Of a stretch of 64,000 nucleotides of DNA, positions 19,395 to 29,128 are shown one piece after another. The translations under genes and the position numbers were made by a program. Positions within the stretch are counted from its first letter, which is position 1; each line of letters begins with the position of its first letter. The notes under the pieces were generated by a model. It did no database searches, was not told the origin of the DNA, and worked only from the letters and a program-made list of their open reading frames with translations. Source of the stretch: a virus. Location: the IMG/VR virus record IMGVR_UViG_3300031469_000005, positions 48,887-112,886 of that record, one strand, 5' to 3'.

Positions 19395-19699
19395 ATGCCA
19401 TCGGATGGGGAATCGAATGGAAGAACGTCCTCGTTCAAAAGGACGGCCACCCAGCACGATCCTGGATCTACGTCGAAGCTCGCGTACTGAAGCCAGGGGA
19501 CATGATCGGTCTAAATCGTGATGAGAAATTGAACTTCCACATGATCGTTTCGGTTGAACAAGATGGAATTAAACACGGTTCTGTCGTTTTAGACGCACGA
19601 ATCAAACTTACGTTCTTGAATCCCTCGATGGGACTAACAATACTGTATCAGGCACCTTTCCACAACGTTAAAAGATTACAAACGAATTCCAACATATGA
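19391..19699 (+). CDS. small LKPGD family protein
   Basis: ARVLKPGDMIG..MIVSVE. Confidence 0.55.
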   Translation: MNAIGWGIEWKNVLVQKDGHPARSWIYVEARVLKPGDMIGLNRDEKLNFHMIVSVEQDGIKHGSVVLDARIKLTFLNPSMGLTILYQAPFHNVKRLQTNSNI

Positions 19700-19965
19700 A
19701 AAAATTCATTGATACTTCCTTGAATCCGTTCATTGATGCTAGAACCGACGAATTCTTCGCACCTCCTTTCTTCATCCGACAAACCGAATTCATGTCAGTT
19801 TCTCGAAACGCTTACATGAGCGTTTCGGGCATCGTCCTTTCGAACACTGGCGGAGAATGGTTTTGCTACGTTGAATATGCGTCAGCGAACGCTGCGACGG
19901 CAGAGTTAGCATTGCTGATCGCTTTAGCAAAGAATCATACCGCGATCAGTCAAATGTTGACATGA
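19696..19965 (+). CDS. hypothetical protein
   Basis: ORF track. Confidence 0.5.
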   Translation: MKKFIDTSLNPFIDARTDEFFAPPFFIRQTEFMSVSRNAYMSVSGIVLSNTGGEWFCYVEYASANAATAELALLIALAKNHTAISQMLT

Positions 19966-20015
19966 TATGGAACTTGTGTTCAATCGATGTTTTTGTGTTA
20001 CATTCAAAATAGGTA

Positions 20016-20288
20016 TTGTTCATGGCAATTGAACATATCATTGATCAGGTTGACAAGGAAACGACGATGCTTTCAAAAGAAACAAAAGCGGTGCCACGAA
20101 AATGTTCTAAGTTAACCGTGGGAGATATAATCTTGACCACGCGGCCTGGTGACACAGCGAGAGTGTTCAACGTTCATGTTGAAGGTGATTACACACACAT
20201 CACCTACGGGTCGGAGGAATCGAAGCTTTCCGACAAATTTCTAAATGATTTCAAGATTCTTTACGTGGAAAAAAACACGTTGAATTGA
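20016..20288 (+). CDS. small LxVGD SH3-like protein
   Basis: SKLTVGDIIL. Confidence 0.5.
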   Translation: MFMAIEHIIDQVDKETTMLSKETKAVPRKCSKLTVGDIILTTRPGDTARVFNVHVEGDYTHITYGSEESKLSDKFLNDFKILYVEKNTLN

Positions 20289-20548
20289 CGGGCGAAAATA
20301 GACCAATGGCAATCAATCAGAAAAACAGCAGTAACTTAAACGATGACGATTACTTTTTCTTCGTGAATTGTGATCGGTGCGACAAGGCGGCGAAGAAGTG
20401 TGCGAAGGATCATGGTGCCGCCGCAGACAACGCTAGGGCGGAGGGGTTCATTACAATCCCGGGAGCAAAGAGCACCTCTCCACGATCGTGGTTATGCATG
20501 ACATGCAAATCACCTCAAACGGCGATCAACCACGACCCTAGAATTTGA
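20285..20548 (+). CDS. small Zn-ribbon protein
   Basis: CDRC...ARAEGF...WLCMTC. Confidence 0.6.
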   Translation: MTGENRPMAINQKNSSNLNDDDYFFFVNCDRCDKAAKKCAKDHGAAADNARAEGFITIPGAKSTSPRSWLCMTCKSPQTAINHDPRI

Positions 20549-20551
20549 ACG

Positions 20552-21088
20552 ATGGCGATCAACGTCATCTTTGGTAAAGGCGGAGGACGGATCGATAAAA
20601 ATCGCATCAACGATATCGATCTTGCTTTAGACCTACATAATCGAGCGTTCGAGCTTGAAAAGGATCCTCGAACGTTGCACATTGCGAAGCAACTTTACGA
20701 GGAATCAATCAGGATAAATCCGTACCTGTACGAATCGTTGTATAATCTCGCAATCTACGAGCACAAGGAGGGGAACGATGCTCGGGCGGAAGAACTTTGG
20801 CGACGATGTTTTGACTCCCACTTAGGTTCACTTGCGGCTGCGAGTCTGGGACTGATGAATCTGAACAACAAGAATTGGGATGAAGCGGTAATCAACCTAT
20901 CGCTGGCAATCAAATTAAATCCAACAGCAATTGAAGCTTACCATAACCTCGCATTCGTGTACAGCAACGTGGGTTTGGTCATGTCAGAGAAGAGGTGCTG
21001 GCAACGGGTCCTTGAACTTGATCCACAAAACAAGCACTCAAAGATGATCCAAGACCGCCTGAAGTACATCAACAAACATGCAATGTGA
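20552..21088 (+). CDS. tetratricopeptide repeat protein
   Basis: AIKLNP..EAYHNLA, RVLELDP repeats. Confidence 0.85.
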   Translation: MAINVIFGKGGGRIDKNRINDIDLALDLHNRAFELEKDPRTLHIAKQLYEESIRINPYLYESLYNLAIYEHKEGNDARAEELWRRCFDSHLGSLAAASLGLMNLNNKNWDEAVINLSLAIKLNPTAIEAYHNLAFVYSNVGLVMSEKRCWQRVLELDPQNKHSKMIQDRLKYINKHAM

Positions 21089-21093
21089 ACGTC

Positions 21094-21252
21094 ATGAAAA
21101 AGAAGAACGTCAAACCTCGAAATCACGAGCTCGCGGTCGTCCTAAAGAATGATCCTGCGCGGCTCAAGATTCGTACGGTTGAAAGCGAGCAAAAGAAGCT
21201 CATCAAGTCACGTTCAAGACGAAAATCATTGAATCAAGACATTGAGGAATAA
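21094..21252 (+). CDS. 52-aa basic protein
   Basis: open frame MKKKNVKPRNHELAVVLKNDPARLKIR..., below the track cutoff. Confidence 0.5.
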   Translation: MKKKNVKPRNHELAVVLKNDPARLKIRTVESEQKKLIKSRSRRKSLNQDIEE

Positions 21253-21294
21253 TGAGTGTTTTCGTCCGTAAACTATGTTAAGATTGATCTACAC

Positions 21295-21582
21295 ATGATG
21301 AATTCCGCCCCTCCCTCGAAAAAGAAAAGCATGGGCATCGTCCTGGGAGATCACCTTTCCGATGCTGAGGAAATGCTTCCCACAAGGCGTGATACGTTGC
21401 CAAGCGTTCTCGATGGCGTTGAAGGTTCAGCGACGGTAATCGATCTCGATTCGATCCAGTTCAACGATCCCGTCAAATACGCAGAGGTTTCTCGAATCGT
21501 TCATGAGCTCGCGAACGTGCTTGATGGTCGGATCATCTTGAAACACAAGGGTTCAATCGTTCGAGAAATTGGTTCTCGATGA
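21295..21582 (+). CDS. hypothetical protein
   Basis: ORF track 21256..21582. Promoter occupies 21256-21284. Confidence 0.55.
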   Translation: MMNSAPPSKKKSMGIVLGDHLSDAEEMLPTRRDTLPSVLDGVEGSATVIDLDSIQFNDPVKYAEVSRIVHELANVLDGRIILKHKGSIVREIGSR

Positions 21583-21845
21583 AATTGAATCCCGGCGACC
21601 TCGTAAAGACGAGCCTTGTCGCAACGCACATGTCACGTAACACAATTCAATTGACGAATGTTCCGTCATTGCAGATCAAAAATGGACCAAGAACGCCGGG
21701 TACAGCGTTAGTTGTCACGGGTTTATTGGGTCAAAATGACACCGCTATCGTCATTTCAACGACCAACGATTCGCGTTACGCCTTCATCGTTTGTCCGGGT
21801 GGCGTGGGATACGTGTACGGTGCAATGTTGACGTTGGTCGGTTAA
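21579..21845 (+). CDS. small LNPGD SH3-like protein
   Basis: MKLNPGDLVK..AIVIS. Confidence 0.6.
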   Translation: MKLNPGDLVKTSLVATHMSRNTIQLTNVPSLQIKNGPRTPGTALVVTGLLGQNDTAIVISTTNDSRYAFIVCPGGVGYVYGAMLTLVG

Positions 21846-21885
21846 AAAATTTTGTTCTTTCCTCACGAAAGTGTTAGGATCAATC

Positions 21886-22314
21886 ATGCACAACGATACC
21901 AAGTCAAAGTTCAATAAGTTCGTCAAGGAACTTTTCGGTGTTCACTCCACTCGAGACAACACGGTCGAAGAAACTTGGACGATGGGGGGTCTGACGGGAG
22001 GAAGTTGTTGGAGCGCCGACGACGGAGCCGATACACCCGTCGACCCCGATCCGGAACCCGAGCTCGGAGGACTTGACAAGCTGCTCGAAATCTTTTATCC
22101 CAACATCACGTACTTGCAGTACAAGAAGCTCGTAGCTGAGATCGTTCAACGTGAGACGTACCGTCAGTCTGAGTACTACGGCAACTGCTACGTCAAAGGT
22201 GTCAAGAAATTCAACATCGACGTGCTCTGTGACTACCTCGATGATGCTTGTCCCAATTTCACTGAAACTCTCGACAATGTCATCGCGAAGGTCGAAGCGG
22301 GCGAAGAGGTATGA
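21886..22314 (+). CDS. phage hypothetical protein (WxxGGxxGGSCW, EYYGN)
   Basis: ORF track, promoter TTGTTC-N17-TAGGAT. Confidence 0.7.
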   Translation: MHNDTKSKFNKFVKELFGVHSTRDNTVEETWTMGGLTGGSCWSADDGADTPVDPDPEPELGGLDKLLEIFYPNITYLQYKKLVAEIVQRETYRQSEYYGNCYVKGVKKFNIDVLCDYLDDACPNFTETLDNVIAKVEAGEEV

Positions 22315-22691
22315 AAAAGATCACCGCGATCGTGGGCCTTCCCGGCTCAGGAAAGACTGAGTACGCGAAAAGCTTGAACGATCAGGCGATCCTGATCGAC
22401 GATCCCAAGCTCTTCGAAAACGACGTTGAGCCTTTCTTGAATGGTGATAAAGACATCGTCATCACCGACCCGTGGTTTTGTCTAACGGTGGTTCGAGCGG
22501 CGGCGGAAATTCACTTCAAAAACTACGGGTTCGAAGTGACATGGGTTTTCTTTGAGAACGATGTCAAAGCTTGCACAGAAAACTACAAACGACGGCATCC
22601 CACGAAGAACGTGTCACACGACATCAAGTGGTTTTCGTCCAAGTACTCAATTCCCGAAAATACGGTGACGGTTCCCGTCTGGAAGCCATGA
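22311..22691 (+). CDS. P-loop kinase (polynucleotide-kinase-like, AAA_33)
   Basis: VGLPGSGKT, IDD, DIVITD, NYKRR lid. Confidence 0.8.
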   Translation: MKKITAIVGLPGSGKTEYAKSLNDQAILIDDPKLFENDVEPFLNGDKDIVITDPWFCLTVVRAAAEIHFKNYGFEVTWVFFENDVKACTENYKRRHPTKNVSHDIKWFSSKYSIPENTVTVPVWKP

Positions 22692-23110
22692 CAATGAAAG
22701 AGATCAATTCATTTTCGAACGAATTTGCATTCCTTTCAAATTTCTACACGAGCGAAGTGGTGCTTGATGGTTCGTCGTACCCGACCGTCGAACACGCGTA
22801 CCAAGCTGCGAAAACGTTTGATTCGGTTCAAAGAAACGAAATTCGTTCTGCAAAAACGCCCGGAATCGCAAAGAAACTTGGCCGAAAGGTCACGCTTCGT
22901 GATGATTGGGAACAAGAGAAGATCTCAGTGATGAGAAATCTTCTCGAACAAAAGTTTTCACAGCCCGATCTTTTGCTCGCGTTGCAATCAACGAAGGGTT
23001 TCGATCTCGTCGAAGGTAATTGGTGGGGTGATGTGTTCTGGGGTGTGTGTCGCGGCGTTGGACAAAACTGGCTCGGAATTCTCTTGATGGAAATTCGAGA
23101 CATGAAATGA
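22688..23110 (+). CDS. NADAR (YbiA-like) hydrolase
   Basis: FLSNFY, YPTVEHAYQAAK, AKKLGR, KF, LVEGN.W.D.FWG, GQNWLG. Confidence 0.93.
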   Translation: MTMKEINSFSNEFAFLSNFYTSEVVLDGSSYPTVEHAYQAAKTFDSVQRNEIRSAKTPGIAKKLGRKVTLRDDWEQEKISVMRNLLEQKFSQPDLLLALQSTKGFDLVEGNWWGDVFWGVCRGVGQNWLGILLMEIRDMK

Positions 23111-23313
23111 AACAGATCAAAATCAAAAATCTTTTTCCTGGTGATTTGATATTGTCGTCGTCGGCACCTGAAACACGCTGCGTGGTAATTGCAAATCTTC
23201 GTCATATACGAAAAGGTGAAGAAATTTCGGATCAAAGGAAGATAATCTATCTTCAAAATTTCGAGGTGAAACAATTCATTGCTCATGTAGGATCACTTGC
23301 AGATATCGCGTAA
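23107..23313 (+). CDS. small LFPGD family protein
   Basis: IKNLFPGDLIL..CVVIAN. Confidence 0.55.
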   Translation: MKQIKIKNLFPGDLILSSSAPETRCVVIANLRHIRKGEEISDQRKIIYLQNFEVKQFIAHVGSLADIA

Positions 23314-23343
23314 CAAGCATGTCAAAAGTTTGTAGAATTTTAC

Positions 23344-24048
23344 ATGTTTTCACTTAAACAAATCCGTCCCAAAGTTTTCCACCTTGAATTCGATTCCTGG
23401 ATGGAATTGTCAATGACGTTCGTTCGTTACCAGGAATTTTACGAGTCGAAGTACGATCACATTCGTGATAGTCGTTTCACCCTTGTTGAACACATGGGAG
23501 CATACCGTAGAGAGTATCTGGAGAACAATGACGAGCTTTGGTGTTATCCAACCGACTGGGCGGGATATAATCTACCCGCGAGTGTCATCAAGCAAGTTCA
23601 CGATCTCGGAATTCCTGATCCGAATCATTACGATTCATTGATGCTGGGAATCTACGGAATGATCATGTGCGAGACGATGGGCAAAGCCGCGTACATCATC
23701 GGAACCTACGTTCACGAAGGCGAAGACGAGAATGCGGGTGCTTTGACCATGAAGCATGAACTCACCCATGCGTTGTTTGCAACCAATGATGAGTACCGCG
23801 AAAAGGTGCTAGAGATCATTAACTCGGTTTCTGTGGAGCTTCGAGAGAAGCTAATAGGAATCCTTGCAAAGAACAATTATCCTCGTAAGACCGCCCTGGA
23901 TGAGATTAATGCCTATCTAACGACGGGTGGAGGAGGTTACTTTGATCACGTTGAAGATGAACTTCCCGAGTTCGATGATCTCAAAGCAAGTTTGAAAAAG
24001 TTGCACAAGATTTATTACACGAAGTTCATGGAAGATGATGAGGAATAA
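23344..24048 (+). CDS. phage protein with HExxH motif
   Basis: FVRYQEFYES, WAGYNLP, KHELTHA, DEINAY. Confidence 0.7.
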   Translation: MFSLKQIRPKVFHLEFDSWMELSMTFVRYQEFYESKYDHIRDSRFTLVEHMGAYRREYLENNDELWCYPTDWAGYNLPASVIKQVHDLGIPDPNHYDSLMLGIYGMIMCETMGKAAYIIGTYVHEGEDENAGALTMKHELTHALFATNDEYREKVLEIINSVSVELREKLIGILAKNNYPRKTALDEINAYLTTGGGGYFDHVEDELPEFDDLKASLKKLHKIYYTKFMEDDEE

Positions 24049-25023
24049 TTGAAAACAGTTCTGATCACGGGCTCAGCGGGATTTATCGGGAGCAATCTCG
24101 TGTCGCGTTTCTTGAATTTGGGTTGGAGGGTTTTGGGAATTGATGATTTCTCATCATCTTCAATGATCTCAAGACACCACGTTGAACTCTTGAAGAATGA
24201 GAACTACATGTTCAACAAAATGAGCATCGATAACGATACGTTCTACGGCACGTACAAGTACGAGATCGGAAAGATAGATCTGATCCTCAATTTTGCATGT
24301 CCTGCTTCGCCGCCAAAGTACCAAGCTTTACCGTTGAAGACGATGGACACGTGTTACACAGGAACGAAGAACGTTCTTGAACTTGCAAAGACGCTGGGGT
24401 GTCGTGTCATTCATGCTTCGACATCGGAAGTTTACGGTGATCCAGTGTCGTCTCCTCAGGCTGAAAGTGACTGGGGAAACGTGAATTGTTTCGGTCCACG
24501 TTCATGTTACGATGAAGGTAAACGTGTCGCGGAAACGCTGGTCTTTGAATTCCAGAAACGTGACGTCGATGTGAGAATGATCAGGATCTTCAATACGTAC
24601 GGCACGAACATGGATCCCTTCGACGGAAGGGTCGTCACGAACTTCATTCGACAAGCGTTGAACGATGAAAACATTACGATGTACGGCGATGGTTCCCAAT
24701 CACGCAGTTTTTGCTACATCGATGATCTAGTGAACGGTATCGTTTCATTGAGCCAGATCGAGTCGGGTGACGTAAAGCGTCCAATCAACCTAGGCAATGC
24801 AACTGAATTCACGATGTACGAGTTAGCGAACTTAGTCCTGAAGCTCATTCCCGAATCGAAGTCCCAAATGGTGTTCGAATTGCTTCCGATCGATGATCCG
24901 CGACAACGTCGTCCCGATCTTTCAAAGGCGAAGCAATTGCTTGGGTACGAAACAAAATTTTCGCTTGAAGAAGGCTTGATTCGTACGATCGCGTACATTC
25001 GAAGCCTCAAGAGCGGTCTCTAA
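24049..25023 (+). CDS. UDP-glucuronate decarboxylase (UDP-xylose synthase), SDR family
   Basis: TGSAGFIGS, ACPASPPKY, ASTSEVYGDP, GPRSCYDEGKR, RIFNTYG, DDPRQRRPD. Confidence 0.93.
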   Translation: MKTVLITGSAGFIGSNLVSRFLNLGWRVLGIDDFSSSSMISRHHVELLKNENYMFNKMSIDNDTFYGTYKYEIGKIDLILNFACPASPPKYQALPLKTMDTCYTGTKNVLELAKTLGCRVIHASTSEVYGDPVSSPQAESDWGNVNCFGPRSCYDEGKRVAETLVFEFQKRDVDVRMIRIFNTYGTNMDPFDGRVVTNFIRQALNDENITMYGDGSQSRSFCYIDDLVNGIVSLSQIESGDVKRPINLGNATEFTMYELANLVLKLIPESKSQMVFELLPIDDPRQRRPDLSKAKQLLGYETKFSLEEGLIRTIAYIRSLKSGL

Positions 25024-25042
25024 AGAATTTCTGAATCCTTAA

Positions 25043-25315
25043 TTGGGTTTCCCCAATTCAATGAAGCGAATTAATTCTACGACAACGTCGGTAAAGGTGG
25101 CTGATTTGTTACCGGGTGACAATGTTTATTACAGAACTTATTTATCTGTGATAAGTTTTCTTGTCATTAGCTGCGGCGAGAAAGTTCTAATCCTTCAGAA
25201 AAAGGATAACAAATCACCCGAATTCGCAGAAATAGCCATGAGCAACGAAGGTATAATTCGTACTGATGCGTACATCGTACGAAACGGTGAACTCATTTTC
25301 AAAGGCAGATCGTGA
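25043..25315 (+). CDS. small LLPGD family protein
   Basis: ADLLPGD..FLVIS..YIVRNGELIF. Confidence 0.6.
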   Translation: MGFPNSMKRINSTTTSVKVADLLPGDNVYYRTYLSVISFLVISCGEKVLILQKKDNKSPEFAEIAMSNEGIIRTDAYIVRNGELIFKGRS

Positions 25316-25557
25316 AGTACGGTCAACTTCGTCCGGGTGATATGTTTGTTTACGAAACATCCGGACCAGGTCGACAACTACGATCAGTTCTCGTGATTGG
25401 TAATCACGATGATGATCATCACGAAGTTTTGATGGTGAGATCACCCGGTTGCGTATGTAGCGTCATTCGATGGATACTATCGTTCGATAGATTGATCACG
25501 TCAGACGTTAAGGTGATCCACCTTACCAAAGGTCACGAACGAATGGGTCAGTCATGA
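25312..25557 (+). CDS. small LRPGD family protein
   Basis: YGQLRPGDMFV..LVIGN. Confidence 0.6.
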   Translation: MKYGQLRPGDMFVYETSGPGRQLRSVLVIGNHDDDHHEVLMVRSPGCVCSVIRWILSFDRLITSDVKVIHLTKGHERMGQS

Positions 25558-25729
25558 CGTACGGATCGTTCTCGCTCGATGGCGGCACGGGGCCGTAATC
25601 ATTTTCCCAGGTCGTTGATGCGTCCTCGAGATGAGCTGATAGATCCTCGTCATCAGACGTGTCAAGAGCGCCGGTCCCGATGATCATTGCTTCAATGAAT
25701 TTTCGTAAGAGTGCGTGATCGTTCTTCAC
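25523..25729 (-). CDS. small acidic protein with LLRKFI leader
   Basis: ORF track, TAGTTA motif 5 nt upstream. Confidence 0.6.
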   Translation of the reverse strand: MKNDHALLRKFIEAMIIGTGALDTSDDEDLSAHLEDASTTWENDYGPVPPSSENDPYVMTDPFVRDLW

Positions 25730-25769
25730 GAATCTAACTATTCGTTGCTAGACACTTGCTTTCATCACA

Positions 25770-26675
25770 TCAACTGTCAAAGTAAGCCTTAACGTTCCTT
25801 TGGCTTCCAATGATGATCGAACTTCGATCATGGATCGTTTCAGGATGCTTTGAAATGATCGATTCGTTGTTCGTGTCCTTCGCAGTACCCATTGCGGTCT
25901 CGAAAATGAACGCGAACGGGATCGCTTCGTACAACAATCGCAATTTGCCTTGAGGCGTCCTCGAATTCTCAGGATACATGAAAATGCCTCCCTTGAAAAG
26001 AATCCTGTGAAGATCGGCAACCATGCAACCGTAGTTACGCGTGTTGTGTCCAGCCTTCTTCGCATTTTGCACGTAGGAGTTCGTGAGATCATCTTTCGTT
26101 AACCAAATATGTTGGTACGCTTCGTTGATCGAGTAGAACTTTGCATATGCAGGACATTTGATGCTTGAATGCGTGAGGGTGTACTCTTCGCTTTTGAAGA
26201 AACTTCCCGTTTTCTTCAATGCAAAACCTCGAACGATCCCACCTTTTGCGAGGATGAGAAGCGTCGAAGCTCCATAAAGAACGTAGCCCGCTGCAACAAC
26301 GTTATCATGAGAATCCCTGATCGCGAATATCGTTCCCGTTGAAAGGTTCAAATCAACGTTTGAAGAACCATCGAGAGGATCAAGCAACACATGGTAATTC
26401 GCCAGGCGATTCGAGATGACGGGCCGCTCGTTCTCTTCAGAGAGAATCTTTGTGCATAGTTTGCTGTCATCCAGCATCGTTAGGAAGACACTATTGACAT
26501 GAGAATCCAACGTGTTCACATCGTCGCCGTACACGTTCTTTTTTTCGTCGTATATCGTGCCATTCACGACGGCGTCATTGATTGCTTTGCTTGCTTTGAT
26601 CGAAGCATTCGCAATCACGCCAATGATACGATCAACATCCGAACCGTCCAGAAAAATCGACAGTGAAGAATTCAT
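25770..26675 (-). CDS. fbp: fructose-1,6-bisphosphatase class I
   Basis: NVYGD, SEE, DPLDGSSN, GTIF, AAGYVLYG, YSINE, MVADLHRIL, GKLRLLYE. Confidence 0.95.
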   Translation of the reverse strand: MNSSLSIFLDGSDVDRIIGVIANASIKASKAINDAVVNGTIYDEKKNVYGDDVNTLDSHVNSVFLTMLDDSKLCTKILSEENERPVISNRLANYHVLLDPLDGSSNVDLNLSTGTIFAIRDSHDNVVAAGYVLYGASTLLILAKGGIVRGFALKKTGSFFKSEEYTLTHSSIKCPAYAKFYSINEAYQHIWLTKDDLTNSYVQNAKKAGHNTRNYGCMVADLHRILFKGGIFMYPENSRTPQGKLRLLYEAIPFAFIFETAMGTAKDTNNESIISKHPETIHDRSSIIIGSQRNVKAYFDS

Positions 26676-26690
26676 AATGTTTTCAGTTTT

Positions 26691-26945
26691 TTATGATTTG
26701 CGCCAGGTGATACGGCCTCTCGAGAGATCGTAAGGACTAACTTCGCACTTGACTTGATCACCAACAAGAATTCGAATCTTGTTTTGTCGTAGACGACCGG
26801 CGAGACCCGCTAGAATCTGTGTTCCACCGGGAATTTCAACCTTGAACAAGGTTCCGGGAAGTGATTCGACGATCTCACCTTCGAACTCAATTCGATCTTC
26901 GCGTTCGCTTTTTGAGACAGTCTTGTCCTGCTTAGACTTCTTCAT
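26691..26945 (-). CDS. infA: translation initiation factor IF-1
   Basis: IEFEGEIVESLPGTLFKV..GRLRQNKIRILVGDQV..SPYDLSRGRITWR. Confidence 0.95.
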   Translation of the reverse strand: MKKSKQDKTVSKSEREDRIEFEGEIVESLPGTLFKVEIPGGTQILAGLAGRLRQNKIRILVGDQVKCEVSPYDLSRGRITWRKS

Positions 26946-26965
26946 TTCTAGAATATATTCTCTCG

Positions 26966-27193
26966 TTAGACGAATGTGCAATATTTTGAATGAATGAATG
27001 TGAGCTCGTTAGAGAACAACGGGCCCTGAATAGTCCTGCCGAAAAAGACGTAAAAAACATCGAGTGGCGAATTGCTTGTATTCTTTGAAACGTACGAGTT
27101 TGCTGGAACGACGCTGATGACAACACCCACGTTCTTTGTTTTTTTCAGTTGTACTAAATCCCCAATTGAATTCATATGGGATATGTAGCTCAT
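26966..27193 (-). CDS. small IGD SH3/KOW-like protein
   Basis: SIGDLVQL..GVVISV. Confidence 0.5.
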   Translation of the reverse strand: MSYISHMNSIGDLVQLKKTKNVGVVISVVPANSYVSKNTSNSPLDVFYVFFGRTIQGPLFSNELTFIHSKYCTFV

Positions 27194-28812
27194 TACTCAA
27201 CTTCGCGTGAATCTACGTTTTCGGAGTGTACGACAGCGTCCATTGAAAGGTACGTGATTGCCACGGAGGACGCATGCTCAAGAGCGAACCGTGTCACCTT
27301 AACGGGATCAATGATTCCATTTTCAAGCATGTTCACGAACGTTTCATTCCTAGCGTCGTATCCAAAATGTTCATGAGGGGGAATCTTTTCCTTCAACGAT
27401 TCGAAGCTCTTCCCCGCGTTTTCAATGATTCGTTTGAAGGGAGCTTCACATGCATTCTTGACGATCTTTAGCCCCGCTGTGAATGCATCGACATCACGTT
27501 CGCCTGCCCGAGGTGAAAGCGTCATCACGTCCTGAGATGCCTTGTACAAAGCCATACCACCACCCGGTACGATACCCTCTTCAATCGCTGCTCGTGTAGC
27601 ATTCAACGCATCCTCGACCCTGTCCCTTCGTTCGTGCATCTCAAGCTCGGTTGAACCACCAACACGAATTATGGCAACACCGTTGACAAGGGAAGCAATC
27701 CTCGAACGAATGATTGATAGACGTTCGTACGATAATGACACATCACTGATTTGTACCTTGAGTTCCGTGATATGATCGCTTAACGAGTTAGATGAACCAC
27801 CAATCAGCGTCGTTGATGATTTCGAAACAAGAATTTTTTTGCATGTTCCTAACTGGTCACGTTTGACGGATTTCAACGATGTACCATTGAACCTACCGAT
27901 CAACGTCGCTCCAATAAGCGCACAAATGTCAGATAAAAGTTCATTCCTATTGTCACCGAAACCCGGAGCTTTGATTGCAACAACGGGGAGATTTGCCTTC
28001 GAACGATTCAACACGAGCGTTTGCATCGCTGTTTCATTCACATCGTCAGCAATTATCAGCAAGCTTTCCTTGCTTGCGATCATTGCATTCAACAGGTCAA
28101 TGATGTCGCTGAGATCCGAGATTTTTTCGTTCGTAACAAGAACACGACAATTATCGTATTCAACGATCATCTTTTCTTTGTTGTTAATGAAGTATGATGA
28201 AAGGTAACCCCTATTGAGTTGCATTCCGTCGACAATATCGACGGTCGTGTCAATACCTTTACCGTCCTCAATGGTGATAATACCATCGTTCGAGACCTTC
28301 GAGATCGCCAAGGCGATCAATTCACCTATTTGTGTAGAACCATTCGCGCTAATCGTTGCAACGTTCTTCACATCGATGTTCGATGTCACATCGTTCTTGA
28401 TAACTTTCAACCTTGCTAGAACGTGAGCAACGCCCGTAGTGATGCCGTTCTTCATCGAAAACGATGAATTACCAGCAATCGTGAACTTGTCACAATCGTT
28501 CACCAGCGACTGTGTCAGGATTGTTGCTGTCGTGGTGCCATCGCCAGCGAGCTCGTTCGTACGTTGAGCTGATTCTTGAATCAACCTCGAACCCATTTGC
28601 TCGAGAGGATCGCTGAAGTTGATCGATTTGCTAACGGTGACCCCATCCTTCGTGACGATCATTGAACCGTCAGGTTGTTGAATCAACACCGTTTTACCCC
28701 GCGGTCCAAGCGTGCACCCGACCGCATTCGCAGTCGCATTAAGCCCCTTTAACAGTTTTTTTCTAGCGTCACGAATGAACGTTACGTTCGTGAAAGGTTT
28801 TTCAATTGTCAC
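27193..28812 (-). CDS. groL: chaperonin GroEL (divergent phage copy)
   Basis: TLGPRGK, TKDGVTV, GDGTTTA, ISANG, KAPGFGD, EDALNATRAAIEEGIVPGGG, GIIDPVKVTR. Confidence 0.96.
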   Translation of the reverse strand: MTIEKPFTNVTFIRDARKKLLKGLNATANAVGCTLGPRGKTVLIQQPDGSMIVTKDGVTVSKSINFSDPLEQMGSRLIQESAQRTNELAGDGTTTATILTQSLVNDCDKFTIAGNSSFSMKNGITTGVAHVLARLKVIKNDVTSNIDVKNVATISANGSTQIGELIALAISKVSNDGIITIEDGKGIDTTVDIVDGMQLNRGYLSSYFINNKEKMIVEYDNCRVLVTNEKISDLSDIIDLLNAMIASKESLLIIADDVNETAMQTLVLNRSKANLPVVAIKAPGFGDNRNELLSDICALIGATLIGRFNGTSLKSVKRDQLGTCKKILVSKSSTTLIGGSSNSLSDHITELKVQISDVSLSYERLSIIRSRIASLVNGVAIIRVGGSTELEMHERRDRVEDALNATRAAIEEGIVPGGGMALYKASQDVMTLSPRAGERDVDAFTAGLKIVKNACEAPFKRIIENAGKSFESLKEKIPPHEHFGYDARNETFVNMLENGIIDPVKVTRFALEHASSVAITYLSMDAVVHSENVDSREVE

Positions 28813-28826
28813 GTTGAAATTCTAAT

Positions 28827-29093
28827 TCAATCCTTGACAATGTATATGAAAAGCGCCCTCCCGCGACGCCAGGCGACGGCAACCGATCCCGATAGGTACT
28901 TTTCCAACATGTCACTCATATGAAACGTGTAGTTCGTTTTCAACGAATGTCGAATCTTTCGTTCTGAAAAATCGATCGTATTCAAGCCCCTAAATGAACG
29001 GACGTTGTTACAATGAATTTGAAATTCAGTCGTACCGCTTGAAGGTTCGATTGAGGCTGAGCTGGTGTTTCTTGTGACCCTTGTGAGGTTCAT
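28827..29093 (-). CDS. hypothetical protein
   Basis: ORF track, TAGTTA motif 5 nt upstream. Confidence 0.55.
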   Translation of the reverse strand: MNLTRVTRNTSSASIEPSSGTTEFQIHCNNVRSFRGLNTIDFSERKIRHSLKTNYTFHMSDMLEKYLSGSVAVAWRRGRALFIYIVKD

Positions 29094-29128
29094 GATCGTA
29101 ACTATACGATCAACCTCCGATCGAGCAT

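Noticed and set aside
26945-26981. LTREYILE upstream extension of IF-1 resembling the cargo leader
   Set aside because: It depends on a TTG start overlapping the upstream gene and has no clear late motif, so it is probably chance.
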